This document shows positions 1-7,843 of a stretch of DNA of 62,380 bases, piece after piece. The notes below the pieces were generated by a model, which saw nothing but the letters and a program-made list of their open reading frames with translations, was not told where the DNA came from and did not search any database. A program made the position numbers and the translations under genes. Each line of letters starts with the position of its first letter. Position 1 is the first letter of the stretch. The stretch is from a virus. Taxonomy: Duplodnaviria; Caudoviricetes. Location: IMG/VR virus record IMGVR_UViG_3300037783_000004, positions 1 through 62,380 of that record; one strand, written 5' to 3'.

Positions 1-14
1 CCCGTGCTTCGAGA

Positions 15-140
15 TGCGAAAACGAAAAAGACGATAGTGAGTTTCGCATCTCGAAGCACGGGAAGCCCTACGGCAGGTGCCTACCCTGTCGCCAAATTGA
101 CCACGCCATCCGGATGCAAGACCCAATAAATTATTTCAAG
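15..140 (+). repeat. 126-bp terminal direct repeat, left copy (circular assembly overlap)
   Basis: Identical to 62255-62380. Confidence 0.95.
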
Positions 141-455
141 GGCATCCTCTCAACGTCTCGCAAGCACAAGGGCAAGAAATCTCTGAGGCCCGAAGACCTA
201 ATCACTCTCTGGAAATTACAGAATGGAAAGTGCGCCATTACTGGCCTGCCAATGTCGTTGATCAGGGGCGCGGGCCAACGATACAACAACGCATCACTTG
301 ATCGCATTGACCCCAAACTTCCATACGAAGTCGGCAACATCTGGCTCGTCTTGAACGCAATCAACACAATGAAAGGCCAGCTCCAACTCAATGAGCTTGT
401 CGCATTTTGTAGACTAATTGCCCAGCGGGACGACCAAGGGCTCTTAACACGCTAA
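114..455 (+). CDS. HNH-like endonuclease, C-terminal part; true start at 62237 across the circular join (~152 aa)
   Basis: KCAITG...SLDRID...GN...NTMK motif; in-frame N-terminal CPKC...CLPC at 62237-62380. Confidence 0.75.
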   Translation: MQDPINYFKGILSTSRKHKGKKSLRPEDLITLWKLQNGKCAITGLPMSLIRGAGQRYNNASLDRIDPKLPYEVGNIWLVLNAINTMKGQLQLNELVAFCRLIAQRDDQGLLTR

Positions 456-458
456 TTA
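428..458 (+). promoter_or_regulatory. Putative phage-specific promoter GGACGAC-N18-TAATTA upstream of the lysis cassette
   Basis: Same heptamer at five other operon boundaries. Confidence 0.55.
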
Positions 459-514
459 AGTGGGGCGCTGCGCAGTGGGCTGCGCGCCCCGTCACGATCA
501 AGTAAGGTTCTATC

Positions 515-751
515 ATGGCTCAACAACGTCCACCCAACGTAACTGTCTGGGAAACCGCCCAACAAATCGTTCGCATCATCTTCCAATTCATCGCTGGCTC
601 GCTCGTCTCCAAGGGTTTCGTAGACGAAAGCATGGTCTTCGGTCTGGTTGGTGCGGCCATGTCAATCTTCGCCCTGATCTGGTGGACTATCGCAGACAAA
701 CTACGCCGAGACGAAATCAACGAGGCACGCGCTCATGCTGACACTCTTTAG
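515..751 (+). CDS. Holin candidate
   Basis: 78 aa, two hydrophobic segments, charged C-terminus, first gene of lysis cassette. Confidence 0.7.
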   Translation: MAQQRPPNVTVWETAQQIVRIIFQFIAGSLVSKGFVDESMVFGLVGAAMSIFALIWWTIADKLRRDEINEARAHADTL

Positions 752-1181
752 TTCATTCATCACATCACGTATTGCTGGCCCAATCATGGGCGGAGCAGCC
801 GCACTGCTGGCCGTCTTACTCATCGCCAACATGGCCATCGGACACTTCACAATCAAAGGATTGAAGGGAGACCTCAAGGATGTTCGCGCTGAACTGGCTC
901 AAACCCAAAGTGATCTGGCAACTGCACGGTCCAACAATGACAATCTTCAAGCCGCCATTGATGAGCAGAACGCAGCCATTGAAGTTCTATCCGCTCAGTC
1001 CGACGCTCGTCTGGCCGCATGGCTCACCACAAAAGAGCTGCTGAAGACCTCGCAAGAAAACGCCTCGCGTCTTTCTGAGGAAATCCGCAACATAACCTTA
1101 CCCGAGCCAGACGGAACCGCTGAGCTACTGGCACAACGTCTAGCAATCATCGACGCTCAATTTCTGGAGTCACTCCAATGA
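735..1181 (+). CDS. Inner-membrane spanin (Rz-like)
   Basis: N-terminal TM helix plus coiled coil; overlaps lipoprotein gene. Confidence 0.75.
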   Translation: MLTLFSSFITSRIAGPIMGGAAALLAVLLIANMAIGHFTIKGLKGDLKDVRAELAQTQSDLATARSNNDNLQAAIDEQNAAIEVLSAQSDARLAAWLTTKELLKTSQENASRLSEEIRNITLPEPDGTAELLAQRLAIIDAQFLESLQ

Positions 1182-1462
1182 AATATATCCCACTATACGC
1201 TTTCGCGCTTACATTCCTAACGTCTTGCGGCTCCACGCCCAAGCCCCCGGAGCCCGTAATCATCACCCAAGAAGTGCGCGTTCCCGTAACCATCCCTTGC
1301 CCAGTCGAGATGCCCGCTGAGCCAAGCGAGATCGTCTCCGACCAAGAACTCAAGGACGCACCCGACGCAGCCGCTCGCTACCAACTTCTGGCCAGTGAGC
1401 GCGCACCAAAGAACGTCTACATTCGTGCCCTTCGTGACGCATTAAGTGTGTGTAAGGAGTAA
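1178..1462 (+). CDS. Outer-membrane spanin lipoprotein (Rz1-like)
   Basis: Signal peptide with lipobox LTSC, Pro-rich mature part. Confidence 0.75.
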   Translation: MKYIPLYAFALTFLTSCGSTPKPPEPVIITQEVRVPVTIPCPVEMPAEPSEIVSDQELKDAPDAAARYQLLASERAPKNVYIRALRDALSVCKE

Positions 1463-1464
1463 CC

Positions 1465-1839
1465 ATGGCCACCTCAGAAAACTTTACCGACGAAGAACTC
1501 CGCTGCTCACACTGCGGCGAAAACAAAATGCACCCCGACTTCCTCGAACGTCTCGAACGCATCCGCAAAGTCTTCGGCAAACCAATGCCCATCACCTCTG
1601 GCTATCGTTGTCCCAAGCATCCCATTGAAGCGCGTAAAGCGCGACCTACGTCCGGCGCTCACCCTTCGGGACGCGCCGTGGATGTTGGGGTCAGAGGACG
1701 TGACGCATATCGCCTAGTCAAGGTTGCAATGATGGAAGGCATCCCTCGCATTGGCATCAAACAACACAAGGGCGGTCGCTTCATTCACCTAGACGATGCG
1801 CCTCATCTTCCCCAGCCGACAGTCTGGTCATACTCCTAA
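1465..1839 (+). CDS. Endolysin, peptidase M15A family
   Basis: ITSGYRC, GAHxxGRAVD and FIHLD Zn-peptidase motifs. Confidence 0.9.
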   Translation: MATSENFTDEELRCSHCGENKMHPDFLERLERIRKVFGKPMPITSGYRCPKHPIEARKARPTSGAHPSGRAVDVGVRGRDAYRLVKVAMMEGIPRIGIKQHKGGRFIHLDDAPHLPQPTVWSYS

Positions 1840-1891
1840 ATCGGCTCAGAAAATTCTGCAAAAATTTGAAACGTTCCAGAAATTTGGCACG

Positions 1892-1927
1892 AAAAAAGGC
1901 GGACAACCTCGAAAGGTGCCCGCCTTA
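1892..1927 (-). terminator. Intrinsic terminator between convergent operons
   Basis: AAGGCGG...CCGCCTT stem with A6 run (U-tract on minus strand). Confidence 0.65.
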
Positions 1928-1967
1928 ATCCAGATAAAGATCAGCCTCCTTTCGTGTTGCCACGAAC

Positions 1968-2357
1968 CTAAGCTACACCAGTCTGATTGCGCACGTCTTC
2001 CTGATACCAGTCCGGATTTTCAGAAAGTTCAGCCTTGAGCGACCACGCTACCGCACTTACGAACGTCCGGATTGCGCTCTCGTGCGGCCCACCCTTATAG
2101 TGCGGCCAATTATCGACGCGATTGATCATGTTGATTACGCCTTTGTCCCGCCTCAAGCTGGCAACGTCCATCCCATAAACAACATACATTCCGGCAGGCA
2201 CACGCTGAAGCAGCTCATGAATAAGATCATCTCGCCACGCCTTAAACAGCCATTCGTTTGTATCACGGACCTTCATCGCGAGAACCTGCCCCTCTGTCAT
2301 CGGCTCAACCGTCGGCTCCTTAGAAGGGGATGACCTCTCCATCCTCAGTCTCATCAC
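1968..2357 (-). CDS. Hypothetical protein, MRLRM-start family
   Basis: 129 aa, AGGAG RBS, operonic. Confidence 0.7.
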   Translation of the reverse strand: MMRLRMERSSPSKEPTVEPMTEGQVLAMKVRDTNEWLFKAWRDDLIHELLQRVPAGMYVVYGMDVASLRRDKGVINMINRVDNWPHYKGGPHESAIRTFVSAVAWSLKAELSENPDWYQEDVRNQTGVA

Positions 2358-2700
2358 TAACTCCTAATCTGTCTGCTGTTCTGGCCATCATGACCGCCTG
2401 AATAAACGAGAACGCTGCCTTGGCCTGCCGCTCCTCCTCAAGCTCTTCAACTGGCGTGGTCGCCCACTCCTTGAGAGCCCTGATCTGCGCCGCATTCAAG
2501 CTGCGAGCCCGCATATTCCCAACCATCTTATTGATCCGGTGAGACGAAAGCATCTGGCTCAAGAACTGCGGCGTCGCATGTTCAATCATACGCTCCGCAA
2601 ACCGCACATCATCTGCGTCCCAGTCGCCTTCATTGTCGAGCACCCTCTCCAAGACGTTAGTCTCAGAGGGCGGCAATGCATCCATCCGTAGTCTCATCAC
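2320..2700 (-). CDS. Hypothetical protein, MRLRM-start family, acidic IPF C-terminus
   Basis: 126 aa, GAGG RBS, 4-bp overlap with upstream gene. Confidence 0.7.
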   Translation of the reverse strand: MMRLRMDALPPSETNVLERVLDNEGDWDADDVRFAERMIEHATPQFLSQMLSSHRINKMVGNMRARSLNAAQIRALKEWATTPVEELEEERQAKAAFSFIQAVMMARTADRLGVSDETEDGEVIPF

Positions 2701-3065
2701 TTCCTCTCCACAATATGGTAGTACACATCATCCAACAGCCTCAACGTCTTGAGCACATCGTGCCGGTGCTCCTCTGGTATCTGGTGCAGCGTTCCATCTG
2801 TCGGTATGCTGGCTAGCGCCATCCACCGACAGATGCGAGCCGACGAAGGGAAGTGCGCAGCCGACTCATTCCACTTCAGGCGGTGCCGCTTGGCATAACC
2901 CTTCACTGGCCCAGCCATATCGTGCCGACGCTCAATGACCCAGTCGCTCCATTCATCGAAGCTCATGCAATCAGCCTCTTGGATCATCTCAGTGGTCCGG
3001 TCCCAGAAGTCTCCCTCCGGTTCCAGCGGAGCCAACGGCTCCAACTCCATCATCCGCAGTCTCAT
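2697..3065 (-). CDS. Hypothetical protein, MRLRM-start family
   Basis: 122 aa, ATGA overlap with upstream gene. Confidence 0.7.
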   Translation of the reverse strand: MRLRMMELEPLAPLEPEGDFWDRTTEMIQEADCMSFDEWSDWVIERRHDMAGPVKGYAKRHRLKWNESAAHFPSSARICRWMALASIPTDGTLHQIPEEHRHDVLKTLRLLDDVYYHIVERK

Positions 3066-3262
3066 GGCATGTCATCCGGCTTATCAAGTTGAAGTTTCTC
3101 ATGACAATACGCGCACTCAATCCAATGATTGACAGCAACGGGCGCACCCGTGAGCGCATGACGCTCCGGGCTCTCCGCAACATGAACGTCCTGCCACTGA
3201 TACTCGTTGATCGTGCCGCACTCACACTTCACACGGTGCCATCTGTTCCCAATCTTCACCAT
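3062..3262 (-). CDS. Small Zn-ribbon protein
   Basis: CEC...CAYC. Confidence 0.6.
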   Translation of the reverse strand: MVKIGNRWHRVKCECGTINEYQWQDVHVAESPERHALTGAPVAVNHWIECAYCHEKLQLDKPDDMP

Positions 3263-3447
3263 TGGCCCAGCCCCTCACTCGAAAAGGGATGAGTATCATC
3301 AGGGTCATAAGGCCCCTCATACTCATCGCCCTGCGCCTTACGTCTGGCCCAGTTCCAATGCTTGTGCCGATGATCCGCATTGCAAAACTTCTTGTTGGGG
3401 TGGCCAATAATTTTCCGACCACACCAAGGACACTTACGTTGCGCCAT
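3256..3447 (-). CDS. Small Zn-finger protein (start MAQRKC)
   Basis: CPWCG...KFCNADH; GGAG RBS. Confidence 0.6.
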   Translation of the reverse strand: MAQRKCPWCGRKIIGHPNKKFCNADHRHKHWNWARRKAQGDEYEGPYDPDDTHPFSSEGLGQW

Positions 3448-3595
3448 TACAAACTCCCTTTTCAATACGCATTTCTTCCAGCTTGTTCTGGGTCTCAAGG
3501 TGCGAGCCCCAAATAATCAACCCAAAACAAGCCAGAAAAAACAACGGCCAAAGATCAATATCGATCCTCACTGTTCGCTTTCCTTCACTCGCCAT
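3434..3595 (-). CDS. 53-aa membrane peptide (not in ORF track)
   Basis: MASEGKRTVRIDIDLWPLFFLACFGLIIWG...; fills operon gap with overlaps at both ends. Confidence 0.55.
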   Translation of the reverse strand: MASEGKRTVRIDIDLWPLFFLACFGLIIWGSHLETQNKLEEMRIEKGVCNGAT

Positions 3596-3869
3596 CTTTC
3601 ATCTCCTCAAGACGTTGTAAAAAACTCTCGCGCTCGACATCATTTTCAATCTGATACCCAACACCAAGGCACTCAGCATACGGGCTGAACTCCGCATGGA
3701 CCCAGCAATGCTCGGCCCCCGCTCTTCCCGAATACCACTCATAGGACTTCGCTTCCGCCATGGTCGAACACCCGACCACAAACAGCAGCAGCCCCACAAC
3801 ACAAAGGATCGAGAGCCCCATAAGACCCTCGACCCATCCCTTCCAGCCGCTCCAATCTCGTCCGGCCAT
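3585..3869 (-). CDS. Membrane-anchored or lipoprotein-like protein
   Basis: Hydrophobic stretch ending VVGC; TAATG coupling. Confidence 0.6.
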   Translation of the reverse strand: MAGRDWSGWKGWVEGLMGLSILCVVGLLLFVVGCSTMAEAKSYEWYSGRAGAEHCWVHAEFSPYAECLGVGYQIENDVERESFLQRLEEMKDGE

Positions 3870-4138
3870 TAGTTCGCTCCCAGCACAAGACGTTTACGCT
3901 CAGTGATCGCGACCTTCGGAATGGTAATCACCCCACTCCACTGATCGCCATTCGGTCCAGTGTCATACGAAGAGACAAGCGTGACCTGATCATCGTCCTC
4001 GGCATACACATAGCCCACACTCACCATGGCCATGATGTCCGGGCATATATCGTCTGCCTCGACCCACACTTGGCCACCCGGCGAGTGGCTATCGACCCAC
4101 TTGATCCTCTCGGCATGTCTCACTTTTACTTTTGGCAT
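3869..4138 (-). CDS. Conserved-type phage hypothetical protein (WxDS family; start MPKVKV)
   Basis: IKWVDS...W...SVGY...ITIPK pattern common in phages. Confidence 0.6.
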   Translation of the reverse strand: MPKVKVRHAERIKWVDSHSPGGQVWVEADDICPDIMAMVSVGYVYAEDDDQVTLVSSYDTGPNGDQWSGVITIPKVAITERKRLVLGAN

Positions 4139-5174
4139 CGTCCATCTCCTGTACTGCCTTCGCCACATGGCGGGAACTCGGTCTCGTGTACCTCATCACC
4201 ATCGCCAAACTCGTATGCCCCAAAATCTCAGCAACCACACGCGGGCTTGCTCCTGCTTCCAACAGTCTAGTCGCAAAGGTCCGACGTAGATCGTGCGTTG
4301 TGAAATCCACGACCCCAACTTGCTTTGCGTGACGTTGAAGAGCCTTGACCGCCTTACTCGAATTCCCCCAACCCGGAAAAACCCGATCACCAGTTGCCAC
4401 TCCGAATGATGCCATCGCTCTAAGGTGTTTGAGCAACGTCTTATTGATAGGAACCGACCGAACACTAACCTCTCCTCCCCGTGTCTTACGGGTCTTGAGA
4501 ACAAGATACGGTGGCTCGCTATCCATGTGGACGTTGTCCCACGTCAGCTCGACAGCCTCACCAATACGCGCTCCCGTATTCAACATGAACACAGCCAGCC
4601 TCCACGCACTTGGCCTCTTCCCCCGCTGAAGCAACAAATCAACCTCCTCGTCGCTCAGCACACGCCGACGGGGCTTCCCCTCTTTCGGCTTCTCAACATC
4701 AAATGGCTGCGCCAACCACCTCTTCCGATACGCATGTTGAAAGACAGGCATCAGCGCATTCATTTCCCGGCGCACCGTGGCCCCAGCAACAATGCCCTGA
4801 CGTCTCTCCACATACTCATCCAGCAAGCCCTGATCAAAATCACTCAGCGCCATGTGGCCCCACATACTCCGGAACCTCTCAAGGTATTGCGACGTCGTCT
4901 TGGACGTTGAGTTCCTCATGCTCAGGTAACTATCAATCGCCTCGCTCAACGTATAGCCACCGATAACTCCGGCCCTCGTCTCACGACGCTCGAACTGCTG
5001 CATCCGAAACTTGGCCAGCTCATAGTCAGAAGTATCCATAGACTTCCGAACACGCACCCTCTTCCCGTCCTTGACGATGGACCCAACGGCATACCAGTTA
5101 TCAAACTCTCGGACCCAACGCCCCTTCTTGCGTTTGTTTCTCTCAGGTGGCCTCTTCTTAAGTTTCAAAGCCAT
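4089..5174 (-). CDS. int: Tyrosine recombinase/integrase
   Basis: TGARIGE, HDLRRT, LGHTS and RY catalytic motifs; N-terminal arm-like region. Confidence 0.95.
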   Translation of the reverse strand: MALKLKKRPPERNKRKKGRWVREFDNWYAVGSIVKDGKRVRVRKSMDTSDYELAKFRMQQFERRETRAGVIGGYTLSEAIDSYLSMRNSTSKTTSQYLERFRSMWGHMALSDFDQGLLDEYVERRQGIVAGATVRREMNALMPVFQHAYRKRWLAQPFDVEKPKEGKPRRRVLSDEEVDLLLQRGKRPSAWRLAVFMLNTGARIGEAVELTWDNVHMDSEPPYLVLKTRKTRGGEVSVRSVPINKTLLKHLRAMASFGVATGDRVFPGWGNSSKAVKALQRHAKQVGVVDFTTHDLRRTFATRLLEAGASPRVVAEILGHTSLAMVMRYTRPSSRHVAKAVQEMDDAKSKSETCREDQVGR

Positions 5175-5851
5175 CAGGACACCCTCCCTTTGCGGAACCT
5201 CAGCTTCCCAATGCCAACGTCTACCCGGCCACCCTTCGCCGCAATGCCAAGCATCTCGGTGGCCTCATCCATGGCATTCTCACCCCACACCTCTTCGTCC
5301 ATGTCCACATAGATCGAAAAGAACTCAGCGCGCACCGCTTTGTCCGTCACACCCAGTGCCTCCATGGCCTTGTTGGCCATCCAAAACTTATTGAGCCACC
5401 GAATATCATTCGAGAAGATCAGGTTCACCGTGTGTGCGTGGCCCGCAGCATCAGCCTGATAGCGCTTCATAGCAAACCACTCAGCGCCATCCCCCTTGGC
5501 CTCATAAGCGCCCTGAGACGCAGCGAACCCCAGCTTGTTCAGCTCAGCAATCGTCGCCTTGATGTTGTTCGTATGAAACAGATAATCCCAATCACTATCC
5601 AAGTCCCACGCACCATTGATCGTTCGCGACCCGACCAACCGGGGATGCGCGCCCACCGTACTCTCAAAGAACTCAGGCAGCCCATCCTTGAACGCACGTG
5701 GCAGGCCCCCGTTCTCCCAAATACCATAGGCCCGATCATAGTCGGACGGCACAGGCCCTCGGAAGCGACTTGTGCTTGGCTCCAACCATGGCTTGCGCTC
5801 ATCGCAGTCGTCGTCAAACGGACGACGCTCAAACTCTTCCTCTTCAAACAT
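5174..5851 (-). CDS. Pol-beta superfamily nucleotidyltransferase
   Basis: LVGSR...DSDWDY (GS...DxD) motif; TGATG-coupled to integrase. Confidence 0.7.
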   Translation of the reverse strand: MFEEEEFERRPFDDDCDERKPWLEPSTSRFRGPVPSDYDRAYGIWENGGLPRAFKDGLPEFFESTVGAHPRLVGSRTINGAWDLDSDWDYLFHTNNIKATIAELNKLGFAASQGAYEAKGDGAEWFAMKRYQADAAGHAHTVNLIFSNDIRWLNKFWMANKAMEALGVTDKAVRAEFFSIYVDMDEEVWGENAMDEATEMLGIAAKGGRVDVGIGKLRFRKGRVS

Positions 5852-6129
5852 TAGATCATCCCCTTATGTTCAAGCTCACGTCTGGTATAACCAACGCCCG
5901 TAGGTATTGGCCCATCACCATTCCACTGAGCCGCAGCCCAAGCCGCCGCATCACTGCGCGCATCAAAGCGTCGTTCCGCCATATAAACCCAGACCATGTC
6001 GGGGTCATTGCGCCAATAGTACGCCGCCTTAAACTGGCCTTCTCTGTGGTTGAGTGCGGGCACCCTCACACCAGTCATCACTGGCTTTCCAAGGCGCTCC
6101 AAGTCTGTCTTCAAATTACTCATAATCAT
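5851..6129 (-). CDS. Hypothetical protein
   Basis: 92 aa, TAATG-coupled to NTase. Confidence 0.6.
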   Translation of the reverse strand: MIMSNLKTDLERLGKPVMTGVRVPALNHREGQFKAAYYWRNDPDMVWVYMAERRFDARSDAAAWAAAQWNGDGPIPTGVGYTRRELEHKGMI

Positions 6130-6130
6130 A

Positions 6131-6380
6131 TCCGTTAAAAGTTGAGGACGTCCCCCGACGCTTCATACGACCACTCATTCAGCCGCCATCCACGTCGGGT
6201 TCAGTCGAGGTTTTCATGTGCAATTAAGGCGACGTTACTTCCCAGTCCTACGGACCAGTCCCGGTGAACCACCGTTTAACCATCAGCCACATGTGTATAC
6301 AGTTCTATCGGGGCACACGTTGGCGAGGCATCACACTTTGATTGGTATCAGCTACGAAATCTCCTCAAACTTAACTGACG
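6131..6380 (-). ncRNA. Candidate structured RNA or 5' leader
   Basis: Gap lacking a credible ORF; closing stem 6134-6148/6362-6375 and several internal hairpins. Confidence 0.45.
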
Positions 6381-6497
6381 AAAGGAGGTGTCCACCGCCC
6401 CTAAGTCTGTAGCGTTACATCAAGGGTCGCTATCGCTCCCCTTGAGCACGCTAAGTCGGCTCGCTTCGCTCACCAACTGTAGCGTTATGATGACACT

Positions 6498-6869
6498 TCA
6501 GCCGACAATGTCAAGCTCTAACTCCGCTCCCTGCGGATCATGTTCGCACATGGCATCATCAATGCTTTCGTAGCATACCCCATCCGGGTCCAGCTTCTCA
6601 GGATCAAACCCCTCAAAGCCCAGACGTTCGGCCAACTGCATCATCTGATTGGGTTTCCCCTCTCGATGCAGCATGGCCATCAGACCAGCGCACTGCTGGG
6701 GTTTATCCCCGCTCTCTGGCCCATCATCACCCGAATAATCCACCGTCTTATGGCACTGGAACGCAGCCGCTTCAGTAATCTCAGCGATGCGCTCCACTGG
6801 CAGACGAAACGAACTGCCCGCTCCCTTCCGGAACGGGCAGCTTGCACATGGTCGCCTCAGCTTAAACAT
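6498..6869 (-). CDS. Cys-rich metal-binding protein (DUF6283-like)
   Basis: PCASCPFR...FQCHK...CAG. Confidence 0.65.
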   Translation of the reverse strand: MFKLRRPCASCPFRKGAGSSFRLPVERIAEITEAAAFQCHKTVDYSGDDGPESGDKPQQCAGLMAMLHREGKPNQMMQLAERLGFEGFDPEKLDPDGVCYESIDDAMCEHDPQGAELELDIVG

Positions 6870-7684
6870 CAGCGAATACCCGTGACTTGAGTGCGCAGCA
6901 CGTCTTCGATCCGCTGACGCACATCGTCTGGCATCTTAGCTCCCATGTTTTCATAGGATTGCTGAAGTTCCTCTGCGGCTTGGTGCATGATCGCATCCGG
7001 ATCAGCCGCCCGAAGCTCAACCATCTGCTCTGACGTCAGAGGCTCCACACCTTCCATACTCCGGATCGCATTGGCAATCCCTTCTGGCGAGTTGGAATGA
7101 TGATGCTCAGCACCAGCCGGAGTGTCATCGCCATCCCCAATGAGATCATCGAACGTCACGCGCTTACTCTCACGTGGCGCTTCGGCCTCGGTCGCTGGAA
7201 TGTCTTCCACTTCGTCCTCGGCCATAGACCCGCCCGACGTTGCAGACGCAGCCGCCCGCGCTTTCTTGGCAGCCGCCAGCTTCTTGCCCTTGGCAGACAC
7301 AAGATCGTAATCATCGAACCCTTCCGCCAACTTCAAGAATTCCTTGAGCACCGCAGTCGCACGATCATTCGTCGCCTTCTTGGCCAAGATTTTCTCAACG
7401 GCATCCCTCGTGCTCAGCTTGGGCGGGATCGTAAACGTCTGGTGCAAGTCCATCGATCCGACCGCTGGCACATAGGCTTCCGCATGAAGAATGATCTTAT
7501 CGTCATCAATCTCGGCTCGGAACAACACCTCGTGAATGGTGTCGCCCACCGTGCCAGCGCGCACCACATACATAGGCGCACAAAGATCATCGATGTTCAG
7601 CTTGCTACGCTTGCGAGTGGCTCCACCACCCACTGCTGCTGCTGTTGACGGGGCAGCTCCCGGTGTACGCATTTTCATTTCCAT
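6869..7684 (-). CDS. Hypothetical protein with folded core and low-complexity linker
   Basis: 271 aa, AAGGA RBS. Confidence 0.7.
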   Translation of the reverse strand: MEMKMRTPGAAPSTAAAVGGGATRKRSKLNIDDLCAPMYVVRAGTVGDTIHEVLFRAEIDDDKIILHAEAYVPAVGSMDLHQTFTIPPKLSTRDAVEKILAKKATNDRATAVLKEFLKLAEGFDDYDLVSAKGKKLAAAKKARAAASATSGGSMAEDEVEDIPATEAEAPRESKRVTFDDLIGDGDDTPAGAEHHHSNSPEGIANAIRSMEGVEPLTSEQMVELRAADPDAIMHQAAEELQQSYENMGAKMPDDVRQRIEDVLRTQVTGIR

Positions 7685-7843
7685 TTCCTTTCATGGTTTC
7701 GTACAATTTCACGGACTTTCTTTTTGTCCTGTCTTCTCACTCTGGCCTTGCTAACGTCTCTGGCAACACCAGACCAGAACCGCATCGGGTAGACGCCACT
7801 GGCCAATGACAACCAGCTAACGTCTACCCGTGCTCGCGCAGCC

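Noticed and set aside
1-62. Inverted repeat: 1-21 is the reverse complement of 42-62
   Set aside because: Bases 1-14 disagree with the circular copy at 62241-62254, which keeps the ORF intact; most likely a fold-back read or assembly artefact rather than a hairpin telomere
6350-6390. Hammerhead ribozyme (GAAA and CUGACGA present)
   Set aside because: Too little sequence to form stems I-III around the core
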